DNA of 64,000 nucleotides, taken from positions 49,662,001-49,726,000 of the forward strand of contig NC_043002.1 of the NCBI RefSeq assembly GCF_006345805.1, read 5' to 3'. This DNA is from Octopus sinensis (lineage: Eukaryota). Shown here one piece after another: positions 1 to 12,573 of this stretch. The stretch's first letter is position 1. Every line of letters starts with the position of its first letter. Below the pieces are notes generated by a model. The model was not told where the DNA came from and ran no database searches. It saw only the letters and a list, made by a program, of their open reading frames with translations. The position numbers and the translations under genes were made by a program.

Positions 1-248
1 TCGACTTTGCCTTTCATCCTTTCGAGGTCGATTAAATAAGTACCAGTTACGCACTGGGGTCGATCTAATTGATTTAATCCTTTCCCCCAAATTCAAAGCC
101 TTGAGCTTCCAGTAGAAAGGATTATTTATTCAGGTCACTGACTTGAATAGATAATAATAACATCAGCAAAAAAGAAAAAAAAATCCTTAGGAATGAGAAC
201 AGAGTACCCCATTAATCAAATAAAGGGTTGGGTTCAAAATTCCACCAG

Positions 249-294
249 GACACCTGATGAAGACTGGAGAGTACACCAGCTGAAACGTTGTGGT
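249..294 (+). ncRNA. Minimal type I hammerhead motif, Penelope-like (PLE) pLTR type
   Basis: GACAC-CTGATGA-AGACTGG(agagtaca)CCAGCT-GAA-ACGT-T-GTGGT. Palindromic ACGT stem III; stem I has one mismatch. Confidence 0.6.
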
Positions 295-903
295 AACAAC
301 AATGAAGAATGATTCTGTTGCAGTTAATTTCAAAAAAAGGTAGTTAGAATTTTATCTATACAGAGTTGAAACGAAAATATAAATTTTTTGTTGTGAGATA
401 AATTTTACTCTTACTTTTTACCTATTCCGTCAACACGCACGTATCGCATGCCGACGAGGAACGCCCATCAAATTAAAATGCATGTAAGCGAGCGTGTTTC
501 CATGGTATTAAACGCAAAAAGCTCGCCAAAACAATTTGTGGTACAATCACACACTGCAGAGAGACGATATATTATTGACTTTTCTACGGTGAACAGTGCT
601 ATTGACTGTGTGTTCTTAAGCGAGGTGTTTAGTGAAGCCATATGCGCGGGCGTGCACACTCACAGACACACGTACACACAAAATGTGTCAAATGAAAGTA
701 ACAATGCAAATTTGAAGGGAAGATTATGTCCACTTTTCTGTAAGCGTAACTTGCAACAAATGAGCTTTAGACATGGAAACCTTTAGACGAAAGAAAGACT
801 ACACTGAAACACTGTGCGTTGGAAAAACGTGCTAACCACTCTGCCTGCTCACCGCCTTAATAATAATAATAATAGTAACAATAACAATAATAATAATAAC
901 AAC

Positions 904-929
<26 letters not shown>

Positions 930-934
<5 letters not shown>

Positions 935-1426
935 GTTTCAAATTTTGCCACAAGGGCAGCAATTTTGGAGAAGGGGATGAGTCGATTGCATCGACCCCCA
1001 GTGTTTCACTGGTACTTATTTTATCGGCCCGAAAGGATGAAAGGTAAAGTCGACCTCGGCGGAATTTGAACTCAGAACGTACCAACGGGCAAAATACCGC
1101 TAAATATTTCGTACAGCGCGCTAACGATTCTGCCAGCTTGTCGCCATATATTAATAAAGAAATATATAATAATAATAATAATAATAGTAATAATAATAAT
1201 AAAATAATAATAATAATAATCTTTTCTACTCTAGGCACTGAAATTTGGGGGAGAGGGATAGTCGATTACATCGATCCCCAGTACTCAACTGGTACTTAAT
1301 TTATCGACCCCGAAAGAATGAAAGGCAAAGTCGACCTCGGCGGAATTTGAACCCAGAACGTGAAGACGAGCAAAATACTGCTAAGCACTTCAACAGGCGT
1401 GCTAACGATTATGCCAGCTCGCCGTC

Positions 1427-1427
<1 letters not shown>
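930..1427 (-). mobile_element. Two consecutive tRNA-derived SINE family A copies with (ATT)n tails
   Basis: Minus-strand heads GGCGAGCTGGC..GTTAGC, B-box GTTCAAATTCC, shared core, (AAT)n runs at each 3' end. A third partial copy lies at ~1470-1615. Confidence 0.85.
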
Positions 1428-1470
<43 letters not shown>

Positions 1471-2275
1471 CCTTTCTACGATAGGCACAATGTCAGAAAT
1501 TTTGGGGGAAAGAGGATAAGTTGGTTACATCTATCCCCTGCTCCGCTGTTACTAATTTTATCATTACTCAAAGGACGAATGGTAAAGTTGACCTCGGCAG
1601 TATTTGAACTCTGATGGAAAGATAAAAAAAAATGACGTAAATCACGTTTTTTTTTTCCCAAATAACAAGTTCATTTGCTAAAACTCCAAAAACATTCTCA
1701 CCATAGTCGTTAAAGAAACAGAAATTTGAGTGCGGCAAAACCAAAAATCAATATGCCACGCCCTCCAATTAAATCAACACTAACTTAAAACTGTGATGGC
1801 AGTCACGGAAGGAGTAGGGTGTTAGAGACCCCTAAAGGCAGGATTCATAAATAATGATTTTAGAGCTCAAACGATTAATCAAGGGTCGATTCGGCAATAC
1901 GACCCGTAAACAAACGGATCGTTAACGGGCCGCTCAGAAATCGGAATAACACAAAGCAGAAAAAGATAAGCGCTTAACTGTTGTTGATGTTGTTGTTGCT
2001 TAACCGCGAGTCAATCCTGACCTGATATTAAAGACATTCGAATTTCGATCCTCTTGTCTTTCTCACAAACACTGTATCAAAGATCACATTTTCCAATCTG
2101 TTCACACAATTTTTTCTTTTTCTTTTCTTTTCTTTTTTGTTTGTTGATATGGTAGGTGCTGGGGCGGTGTTGTTAAGAACTTCGTTCTGCAACCATGTGA
2201 TCTCAGTTTCAGTCCTACTGCGCGGCATTATTACCAAGTGCAGTCTACTATGGCCCGTAGTGCGCATGTGTGTTT

Positions 2276-2354
<79 letters not shown>

Positions 2355-3814
2355 GAGAGAGATAATACAAAAAAGGGACAAGAACGCAAAACATCCAGAC
2401 AATTAGGTGAAACAAAAAAAGGAAAACAAAATATCCAGACAGGCGATACAAGGAAAACAAGGACGGATCATTCAGAGTTTTCTACCCTCAGTCGAGTTCC
2501 AGATTATCTTTGCAATTTCAGCTGGTTGTACTCGAGATTGCTCCAACACACACACACACACTCGCATAGTTTGTCTGTATGTTTGTTCTCCTGCTCACTT
2601 ATGGGATCGTAAATAAACCAACCGGTGTTTATGTCCCCATAAGTAAGCAATGTGGCAAAATGTGGGGTGGTGGTAGAAAGATCTGGGAGGGGATGTTGAA
2701 AAACAGTGGGGTGATAATGGAGTGACCAAAAGTGGGTAATGGATGTAAATAAAAAAAACAACAGAATAATGGATGAATTAGATTAAGAGTTTTATTTTGT
2801 GAAATACAGTTGTTTTAAATTTGCCGCAGAAAGTGGTTAGGGTTAGAAATCAGAACGTAACGGCAGACGAAATACCTATTTCTTTACTACCCACAAGGGG
2901 CTAAACAGAAAGGAGACAAACAAGGACAGACAGACGGATTAAGTCGATTATATCGACCCCAGTGCGTAACTGGTACTTAATTTGTGGTGGTGGGGGGGTG
3001 TTGCTAGGAATCGGGCCCTAGATACCAAGGGAGCGGCAGCCTGAAAAAAAGTTTGAAAACCACTGGTCTGGTTTATCGAGAGCATTTGAAAACTCATCGT
3101 CAAAGCCGACAAAGATCTACAAGAAGAAAATAGCGTTCATTTTCTGCCAGTCTGATAAGAACACACAATACTTCTCTCTATAGGACTAACGTAGTCTGAA
3201 CTCAAAGCAGAACTGCGTTGGAATTAGTGTATAAGAAAATAAAATAAAATATATATGCGTGTACGTGTATGTATGTATGTATAATATATATATATGTTGC
3301 GTGTTGTTTACTGCTAAACAGTACACTAATCGTAAGTCAAAAGATTATTGCACTTTGTGAAGGTTAAGTTAAATATTACTCACATTTCAAAGACCGTATA
3401 TCAGATGTTGTAGATGCTGACAAGTTCTGTAAGATATATTTTATTACGTAAATTGACGTAAAAGACAACTTTTGGTTTATCGCTAGTGTCTGCGAGATAG
3501 ATACGATCTTTCCTTCTTATTATAAAAGTATAAAGGAAAGAGTAATTTGTAGTCTGCGTCTGAAGTCTTGACGCTTGTTAATTTACGTGACAAAAATGCT
3601 ATAACAATGACTTAACGAAGATATTTCATAGATCGCAAGAGAAAATTTGTCTACAAACTACTCATAAACACACATATACAAGGGGCTGTAAAAACTTCCT
3701 GGCTTCGGGTAAAAGCAAATATAGGAGGATCACTTAGTTAATTATGATTTTATTCAACATATTTCCCTTTCAGATTCATACTCTTATTGTAGCGGTCTTT
3801 CAGTTTTTTCTATA

Positions 3815-4208
3815 GGCGTAGGAGTGGCTGTGTGGTAAGTAGCTTGCTTACCAACCACATGGTTCCGGGTTCAGTCCTACTGCGTGGCCCCTTGGGCAAG
3901 TGTCTTCTACAATAGCCTCGGGCCGACCAAAGCCTTGTGAGTGGATTTGGTAGACGGAAACTGAAAGAAGCCCGTCGTGTATATATATATATATATGTAT
4001 ATATATGTGTGTGTGTTTGTATCTCTGTGTTTCATCCCCCCTCCCAACATCGCTTGACAACCTAGGCTGGTGTATTTACGTCCCCGTAACTTAGCGGTTC
4101 GGCAAAAATGACCGATAGAATAAGTACTAGGCTTACAAAGAATAAGTCCTAGGGTCGATTTCCAGGGTGCTCCAGCATGGCCGCAGTCAAATGACTGAAA
4201 CAAGTAAA
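3815..4208 (+). mobile_element. tRNA-derived SINE family B, with internal microsatellite
   Basis: Head GGAGTGGCTGTGTGGTAAG...GGTTCAGTCC, central (TA)/(TG) tract, tail GCCGCAGTCAAATGACTGAAACAAGTAAA; many homologues in the window. Confidence 0.88.
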
Positions 4209-4505
4209 TCGACCCCAAGACTTATTTTTTAAGCCTAGTACTTATATCTTCCGTCTCTTTTGCCGACCCGCTAAGCTACGGGAACGTAAACACACCAACA
4301 CCAGTTTTCAAATGGTGATGGGGGAGGAGGACAGACACAAAGACACACGCACGCACACACGACGGGCTTCTTTCAGTTTTTGTCTAACCAAATCCACTCA
4401 CAAGGCTTTGGACGGCCCTATAGTAGAAGACACTTTCCCAAGGTGCCACGCTGTGAGACTGAACTCGGAACCATGTGGTCGGCAAGCAAGATTCTTCCCA
4501 CACAG

Positions 4506-4552
<47 letters not shown>

Positions 4553-4894
4553 AGCATCTGTGTATGATGTTGTAAGGGACTAAGACGTAGCAAAAACGCG
4601 TTAATGTAGACACGCACGCACACACGTATGTATGTATGTATGTATGTATGTATGTATGTATGTATGTATGTATGTATGTATGTATGTATGTATTATGTAC
4701 GTATGTGTATGTATGTGAAAGGTTGGGGAGACGGGGTGGTAAGCAGAGTGTGGCAGGTGTTCCATAAAAATGAATCATCTCAGGTGAGAGGGACACCGTG
4801 TCATAGAATCTCAAGTTGGCGTGACACTTGTCCGTCTCGCACCGTGACCGAGTAATTTATATTTACCGTACACTGTACACTTGCACGCACGCAC

Positions 4895-4929
<35 letters not shown>

Positions 4930-5086
4930 GGCGTGGCGATGTGGTAGGGAAGCATGCCGTTTTAGGTTCAGTCTCCTGCGCGGAACCCAGAGTAGTGTCT
5001 TCCTCTATAACCCCGGGCCGATCAAAGCCATGTGTATGTGGATTCGACAGACGACGGAAACTGAAAGAAGCTCATTGTATATATAT

Positions 5087-5141
<55 letters not shown>

Positions 5142-5619
5142 ATGCGAGTTGTGGGTGTTTTTATGTGTGTTTTATGGTTGTCCCCCACCATCATTTGACA
5201 ACCCGTGCTGGTTTGTTTATGTCCCCATAACCAAGCGGTTCGGCGAAATGTACCGATACACTAAGTACCGGCGTATGAAAAAAAAAGAAAAAGGTACCAA
5301 TGGGTCCCTTTGTTTCCTGTTTTACTCAGATGACTCCCTCCATGCCATTCGATGTTTAAAAAATCATATTATACTTTTGTAATTAAATATTATTAGGAAT
5401 TGTATTTTTAAAAAATCTATCATAATAATACTCTTGTGTTTTTCTCCGGCACAACATATGAATGAGAAAGGAAGGGGTGATGGCAAACTGGTAGTGTGAG
5501 CGTTTCAACTGTGTGAGTGTGTGTGTGCAATGGAAGTGGGATGGTGAACATTCAACGCTGAAAAGAAAAATCAAACAGCGTTTCAGCTCTTTGTATTTGA
5601 TTTGGTATTTACTTGCCAG

Positions 5620-5780
5620 CTCCCGTATTTATGTTGCCTTGAGTCGTGCAAGAAGGAAGGAAACTTTAAAATTCTTTTGAAGGAAACAAGCAGTCAAGGC
5701 TCCCGTATTTATGTGGCCTTAAGTCGTACAAGAAGGAAAGAAAACTTTAAAATTCTTTTGAAGGAAACAAGCAGTCAAGG
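5620..5780. repeat. 80/81-bp direct tandem duplication
   Basis: CTCCCGTATTTATGT...GCAGTCAAGG at 5620-5699 and 5700-5780. Confidence 0.92.
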
Positions 5781-7710
5781 AACGTTAGTTACGGATAAAT
5801 TTTTCACACAAAAAAAAATTTGTAATAAAAAAATGATTTAACTAAAAACTTGGTTTTGTACCTTATTTATATATAAAATACTACAATTAGCCGTCACTTT
5901 TGATGACACAGAACCAGCTAGTTTGTTAAAGTATTGTTGAAATGACACTTTATTTCACGTTGCTCCAGTCCACTCAGCTGTAGAAATGAGTTGAGACGTC
6001 ATTAGTGCCAAGCTGTATCGGCCTTTGCTTTTCCTTTGGACAACATCGGTGGCATGGAGAGGGGAGGCTGGTATTCATGGGCGACTGCTGGCCTACCATA
6101 AACAATTTTGCTCGGACTTGTACCTCAGAGGGGAACTTTCTTGGTGCAATCCCATAGTTATTCATGACTGAAGGGAGGGGGTTACCCTTTTTATAACCAA
6201 TTTATTGCACATAAATTTTAACAACAAAATCATATAGGAATCCCCAAGGATCATATGGATCCCAGTTGAGAACCGCTGGACTAAATTCTTTAAAGCGGTG
6301 CCCCAGCATGGCCGCAATCCAAAAGACTGAGTACGTCCGTATTTGTAAATGTGATGGACGCTGGCTTGCCTCTGAAGTTAAAACTTCGCTTCGCAGTCAT
6401 TAGTTCGTAGGTTTACTTCCAACACGTGGGGTCTTGGTAAATGTATTTTACTTTAGAGCAGGGGTTTTGAACCATTTTTTTACCTACGGACCCCTTTGAA
6501 TTGCTATTATATTCCCATGGATCCCCATAGCCATTCAGTGTTTAAAAACTAATTTTATAGAAACTTCTTTCAAAATCCCAATTTGTTTTCCACACATTAA
6601 GGTGTGTAGGTTAGACGATGTAAAATGTTAGAAAAAGAAACCTGGCGGTTTCTTGCAATACATACCAATACATACATCTAAAGCAAAACTTTTTAGGGGC
6701 CCTAAACTCCTCGGATGAATTGTACAAACTCCTCGGATGAATTGTACCCGTAAATGAAAAGGTCAAGCATTATCATACATCGTAGTCACGTGTCTGTGGA
6801 ATACTCCGCCACTTCCGCTATAATAAAATGATATCTCCCATCATTTCGGGGTCGATGAATTTAGTACCAATTGAGCACTGACATTGATGTAACCGACCAG
6901 CCTCCTCCCCCAAAATTCCAGGCCTTGTGGCTATAGTAAAAAAAGAGGTTATCCAAAAAAATAAAGATACATAACTTAGCGGTTCGACAAAAGACAGAAT
7001 AAGTACTAGGCTTACAAAGAATAAGTCCTGGGGGTCGATTTCTTTGACTAAATAAATATTTTAAGGTGGTGTGCTCCAGCATGGCCGCAGTCAAATGACT
7101 GAAACAAGTAAAATAAAATAACTAAAATAAAAAAAAATATGTCCGATCTGTTGACTATCCTGCGAGTCATAAGTTCTGCTCGATTAAAGCTGACCTGTAA
7201 CTAGGAAGGAGGAGAAAAAGAAGAAAGGAAAAGAAAAGAAAGGATAGAAACAGGCAAGTAGAAAAAAGAAAATGAAAAAAGAAAAGCAACAGGAAAAGAT
7301 AAACGGAAAACTGACAGAAGAGAAAATATAGGGGAAAGATTAAAAGGAACGATTTTGCGAACGGAAAGCAAAGAAAAATGAAAAAGGTACACATGAAAAA
7401 GAGCGGGGAAAGCAGAAACGGAAAGAAGATAGCCAGACGAGCGAGTAAGCCAACAAGTAATTTCAACAATTAGTGTATCGTATAGACATATCGTTGGGAT
7501 AATGTTAAAAGGGATCGGCTTGTTTCTCTCACAACACACGTCACACACAGACACACACACACACACACAGACACACATCAGACATAACTTAAGTAGGGTC
7601 AGGCTTGATGTATGTGGTCTAAGACAGAAGAGATAAGGTTTTTTTTTTTTAATGAAAATAAGGGGTTCACCGAGGTAAGAAACTGGCTCAAATGGATTGG
7701 AGGCGATTAA

Positions 7711-8333
7711 ACCTTCGTGGGTCGGGGTGGGGGGTGGGGGGTCCACTGGGACCCCCAGCAAATTTTTTTAAATTATGCAACTTTTACATTTTTTATGACT
7801 TTTATTGTCAATAATTTTGAGTTAAAAATTTCCAGTCATAAAAATTTCCAGTTAGAGCATAAAATATGGACATTGTGGTCCAACTGGGCCCCATTGGCCT
7901 TCTGTAAAATTATTTTTTTTCTGTTCTTTTTTCAGATATTCTAATGAACTATAAGTCAATTTTCTTTGTATTTGTACTGGAATGAATTGATATATTTTTC
8001 TTTTATTCTTTTTGTTTTATTTTATATTCAGTGTCATATGTATAAAAAAAGTGCTAAATTTCTTGTTCTGTATCATACACTCACACATATATAAGGTTGT
8101 CCCAAAAGTTCGTAGAAAGTCTTGGAAAATAATGGTCTTTATTTTGAGGAATAATTTTTGTTGTTTTTGTTAGTACTTGGCGAGTAAAAATTCAATTTTC
8201 GCAAGTGTTTACGAACTTTTGGGACAACCTAATACACAAGATTAAACAAATATTACTTTATGGATAGTGCGGAAATGCGCAAAAATAAAAGGGGACCCCA
8301 ATGGAAATTCCAACCGCACCGGCCCACGAAGGG
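7711..8333. mobile_element. piggyBac-like MITE
   Basis: TTAA at 7707-10 and 8334-37; termini ACCTTCGTGGGTCGG and CCGGCCCACGAAGGG match 13/15 as inverted repeats. Confidence 0.75.
8090..8234. mobile_element. mariner-like MITE nested in the piggyBac-like MITE
   Basis: Perfect 21-bp TIR AGGTTGTCCCAAAAGTTCGTA at 8094-8114 and 8210-8230, TA-rich flanks. Confidence 0.85.
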
Positions 8334-8339
8334 TTAACA

Positions 8340-8672
8340 GTGGTGACTATTAATGCCCGGCTCTCTGTCGGTTACCACGAGGAGTGTTCCTCTTGATTCG
8401 ACCAACGGAACACAGCTTGCTCGTGAAATTAACGTGCAAGTGATCGAGACACGCGCACCCTTAACGCACCCACAGACATGAGCACCTGGGGGAGATTCAG
8501 TGTGATACAGAGTGTGGCGTGGCAAAGCTGGCCCTTTGAAATGCAGATACTACTCAATTTTTACATCTGACTTGAAATAAAGTGTCTTGCTGAAGGGTAC
8601 AACGTGCCGTCGGGGATCGAACTCACGACCTTGAGCCGAATAGCCTAACCCACTAAGCCACGTGCCTTCACA
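8340..8672 (-). mobile_element. tRNA-derived SINE, family C-like
   Basis: Minus-strand A/B boxes (GTGGCTTAGTGG...GAGTTCGATCCC). Related pieces at ~5935-6170, 26490-26758, 32770-32915, 42018-42180. Confidence 0.65.
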
Positions 8673-8759
8673 ACATACACATAAACACGTACTCACACTT
8701 GCATAAGAGTGGAGAGGTTTGGTTGGCCATTACAAACAGACGTTGTGTGCCTTTTACTC

Positions 8760-9145
8760 TTTTATCCGTTTCAGCCATTTCACTGCGGCCATGCTGGAGC
8801 ACCGCCTTTAGTCGAACAAATCAACCCCCCATGACTTATTCTTTGTAAGCCTAGTACTTATTCTATCGGTCTCTTTTGCCGAACTTCTAAGTTATGGGGA
8901 CATAAACACACCAGCATCGGTTGTCAAGCGATGGTGGAGAGACAAACACAGACACACAAACATACACACACACACACACACACACATATACATATATATA
9001 CGACCGGCTTCTTTCAGTTTCCGTCTACCAAATCCCTCACAAAGCTATAGTAGAAGGTACTTGCCCAAGGTGCTGCGCAGTGGTACTGAACCCGGAACCA
9101 TGTAGTTGGTAAGCTAGCTACTTACTACACAGCCACTCCTGCGCC
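8760..9145 (-). mobile_element. SINE family B
   Basis: Reverse complement of the family B layout. Confidence 0.85.
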
Positions 9146-9861
9146 TTGCATATTTGTTTTTAATATGTCCCAGCAAATTTGAACACAAATAAGCTAATGT
9201 GTTCGTCACAGGAAGAACAGCTCCTTTAGGACATCGTCTTCAGAACAAGTTCGATTCATTAAATACATAACGGTACTCTATATTCACTTTTTATCTTATA
9301 CTTGCTTCAGTCATTGGGAGGCAGCCACGCCGGAGCACCGCCTTAAAGAGCTTCGTAACATATATATAATATTGGAGTATCGACTCCAGTATTATTTGTT
9401 CTATCGATCTTAGTTTGCCGAACTGCTAGCTAACGGGGACGTAAAACAAACCGACACCGATTGCCAAGCGTTGGTGGGGGTAGACAAATGCACACGCACG
9501 CGCGCACGCAGTAAGGTTCTTTTACTTTCCGCCTGCAAAATCCATTCACAAAGCTTTGGTCTGGCCCGGAGCTATTTTAGAAGAGACTTGAACCCGGAAC
9601 CGTGTGGTTGGGAAACAAACTTCTTACCACACAGCCACGCCTGCATATCTTTCTGCTAAACTAAAGTCTAAAATTATACAATGAGCGACCTCAAAGTCGC
9701 ATGTACCATTTAAAAAACTTTGCAGAATTTGCTGGAAGAAGTGAAGTGGAGCTGATTAATGGCACCATATTTTCTTTCTTTCTTTCTTTCCTTCTTTCTT
9801 CTCTCATTTCCTGTTTTTGTACCTTCTTCCTTCCTTCCTTCCTTCCTTTTCCTCCTTCCTT

Positions 9862-9985
9862 CCTACCCCTTGACCGTGAGATCGTCATGCTATTCGATGA
9901 TGACGTATCAACCAGCTTTCACCACTTGTCTCGATCTTCTCTGTGAGTCGGCGAAATTGAGACCCGTCCACTCTTTTGATGATGA
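9862..9985 (-). pseudogene. 3' end of an RTE-clade LINE with (AAGG/AAAG)n tail
   Basis: Frameshifted minus-strand translation EWTGLNFADSQR..EDRDKW*KLVDTSS..SRSRGRK resembles the C-terminus of RTE ORF2; simple-repeat tail at ~9770-9861. Confidence 0.62.
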
Positions 9986-10673
9986 CCCGGGCGATGACTG
10001 ATGCCGTATGGCTTTTGATCTGCTTGTCATCATCATCATAAGTGTATCATGAGCAAGTTAGTTTGGCGGCGCCCATTACTCTCCAAGCTGTTAGTCACAA
10101 CCGCATGCCCCTAACTTGATACACACTTTGGCCTCTAACATTAGAGGGTCTCTGAATAGGGGTGATACCTTTCGTGTCTGCCAGCTGCACTTTGCCAGGG
10201 ATGGTCGGTCAGATGGAGAGGTGCCACTGGTCCTCATTCAACCCCTAATCTTTCACTCGGTGACTCCAAACGTCACACCCTGGTACCCAACGTCAGCCAG
10301 TGGAATAAACCAAGTGAAGAGATGATGCTAACACTGTACCAGTAGACGAAAGACTCCGGGTAAGGCTTCCCAAAGGAGTCACCTTATTATTACACAGCCT
10401 GAAATGGTAGAAATCTCTGTAGATTGGTCCGTCCTACGTAGACATATGTCGATGGGTTAACAGATAACATTGAATGTCACTAAGAAGAACTGTCACATGT
10501 CATGTGTGGTGGGTGGATGAGGGTCTATGTAAGATACAGATGGGGCAGAGTGGATGGGCGAAAGATATGCGAATCCGAGCTACCTCGACTCTATGGTGAA
10601 TGACGACGATGATGATGATGAAGATGGTGATAAAGAATGAAAACAATTTGCTGTATATCAACTCTGGTTCGTG

Positions 10674-10708
<35 letters not shown>

Positions 10709-10957
10709 ACACACACTCACACTCACGCACGCACGCCTCTAATTAATATAATTTGCAACACACGCATGTGAAACGTCATTCGTGAAAGATGCGTTGTGTA
10801 GGCATGAATATATATATGGTTAAGAAGCTGGCTTGTAATCATGTAGTTTCGGGTTCAGTCCCAATGCGCGACACCTCAGGCAAGTATCCTCAACTATAGC
10901 TCCTGACCGATACCGTGTGAGTGAATTTGGTAAACAGAAACTGCGTGGAATCCCACC

Positions 10958-11002
<45 letters not shown>

Positions 11003-11005
<3 letters not shown>

Positions 11006-11244
11006 TAAGCAATAAAGGGTTTAGCAACGAATTGCCTTACCACATACCGAATTTAGAAATACAGTCAAAGAGTTATAGCTATTTCTTCTACTAAAAAGGG
11101 AGATCTCAGTAAAAACAGCAATTACTGAGATTTTTACTGAGATCTCCCTTTTTAGTAGAAGAAATAGCTATAACTCTTTGACTGCTATTTCTAAATTCGG
11201 TATGTGGTAAGGCAATTCGTTGCTAAACCCTTTATTGCTTAGTA
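11003..11244. repeat. Near-perfect ~113-bp-arm inverted repeat embedded in (TA)n
   Basis: 11003-11115 vs 11131-11244 are reverse-complementary with one 1-nt indel. A solo arm with the same endpoints lies at 31592-31704. Confidence 0.92.
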
Positions 11245-11345
11245 TTACTTAAATTTTCCTCGAATGAGGCTTTTAAATGCCGAAGACTACTTGGTGTAAT
11301 TGATAATTATTCCAAATTAATTAATTTCACCCTTCATTATTACGG

Positions 11346-11393
<48 letters not shown>

Positions 11394-12533
11394 CACACTC
11401 AGAGTAACGCAGGCGTGGCTGTGTGATAAGAAGCTTGCTTCCCAACCACATTGTACTGGGTTATTGAGAACAAATATATCTTTATAAATATATATATATA
11501 TATATATTCTTTTTTCTTTTTATTTGTTTCAGTCATTTGACTGCGGCCATGCTGGAGCACCGCTTTTAAGTCGAACAAATCACCTCCCAGAACTTATTCT
11601 TTGCAAGCCTAGTACTTATTCTATCAGTTTCTTTTGCCGAACCGCTAAGTTACAGGACGTAAACACACCAACATCGGTTATCAAGTGATGGTGGAGGGAG
11701 GACAAACACACACACACACACACACACACACAACACATACGACGGGGTTCTTTCAGTTTCCGCCTACCAAATCTACTCACAAGGCTTTGGCCGGTCCGAA
11801 GCCATAGTAGAAGACACTAGCCTAAGGTACCACGCAGTGGGACTGAACTCGGAACCATGTGGTTGGTAAGCAAGCTACTTACCACACTGCTGCGCATATA
11901 TATTTATATGTGTCTTTGAGTCTGTGTTTGTTCCCCTCCCCCACTGTCGCTTGACAACTGATGTTGGTGTGTTTATGTCCCCGTAACTTAGCGGTTCGCC
12001 AAAATAGACCGGTAGAATAAGTGCCAAGCCTACAAAGAACAAGTTCTGGCGTCAATTTCTTTGACTAAAAGGCGGTGCTCCAGAATGGCCGCAGCCGAAT
12101 GACTGAAACAAGTAAATGAGTAAAAGAATATATATATATATGTATATATTGTGTCATTTGTATCAGACATTACACAGTGGCCATACTGGAGCACCGACTT
12201 GAAAAACTTAGGTCCAAACTACAAATTTTTATTTTTGTAAGCCTGGTACTTATTCTATCTTGTCTTCTGCCGAACCGTTAAGTAACGGAGATGTAAACAC
12301 ACCAACAGCGGTTGTGAAGCGGCGGAGAGGGACAAAACAAAAATATACACATACACACAGATATATCTATATACGACAGGCTTTCAGTTTCCGTCTGCCA
12401 ATTCCACTCACAAGACTTTGGTCGATCCGAGTCCATAGCAGAAGACACTTGGCCAAGGTGTCACACAGTGGGTTTGAACCTGGACCCATGTGATTGGGAA
12501 GCAAACTTCTTACCACACATACACACACATGTA

Positions 12534-12573
<40 letters not shown>

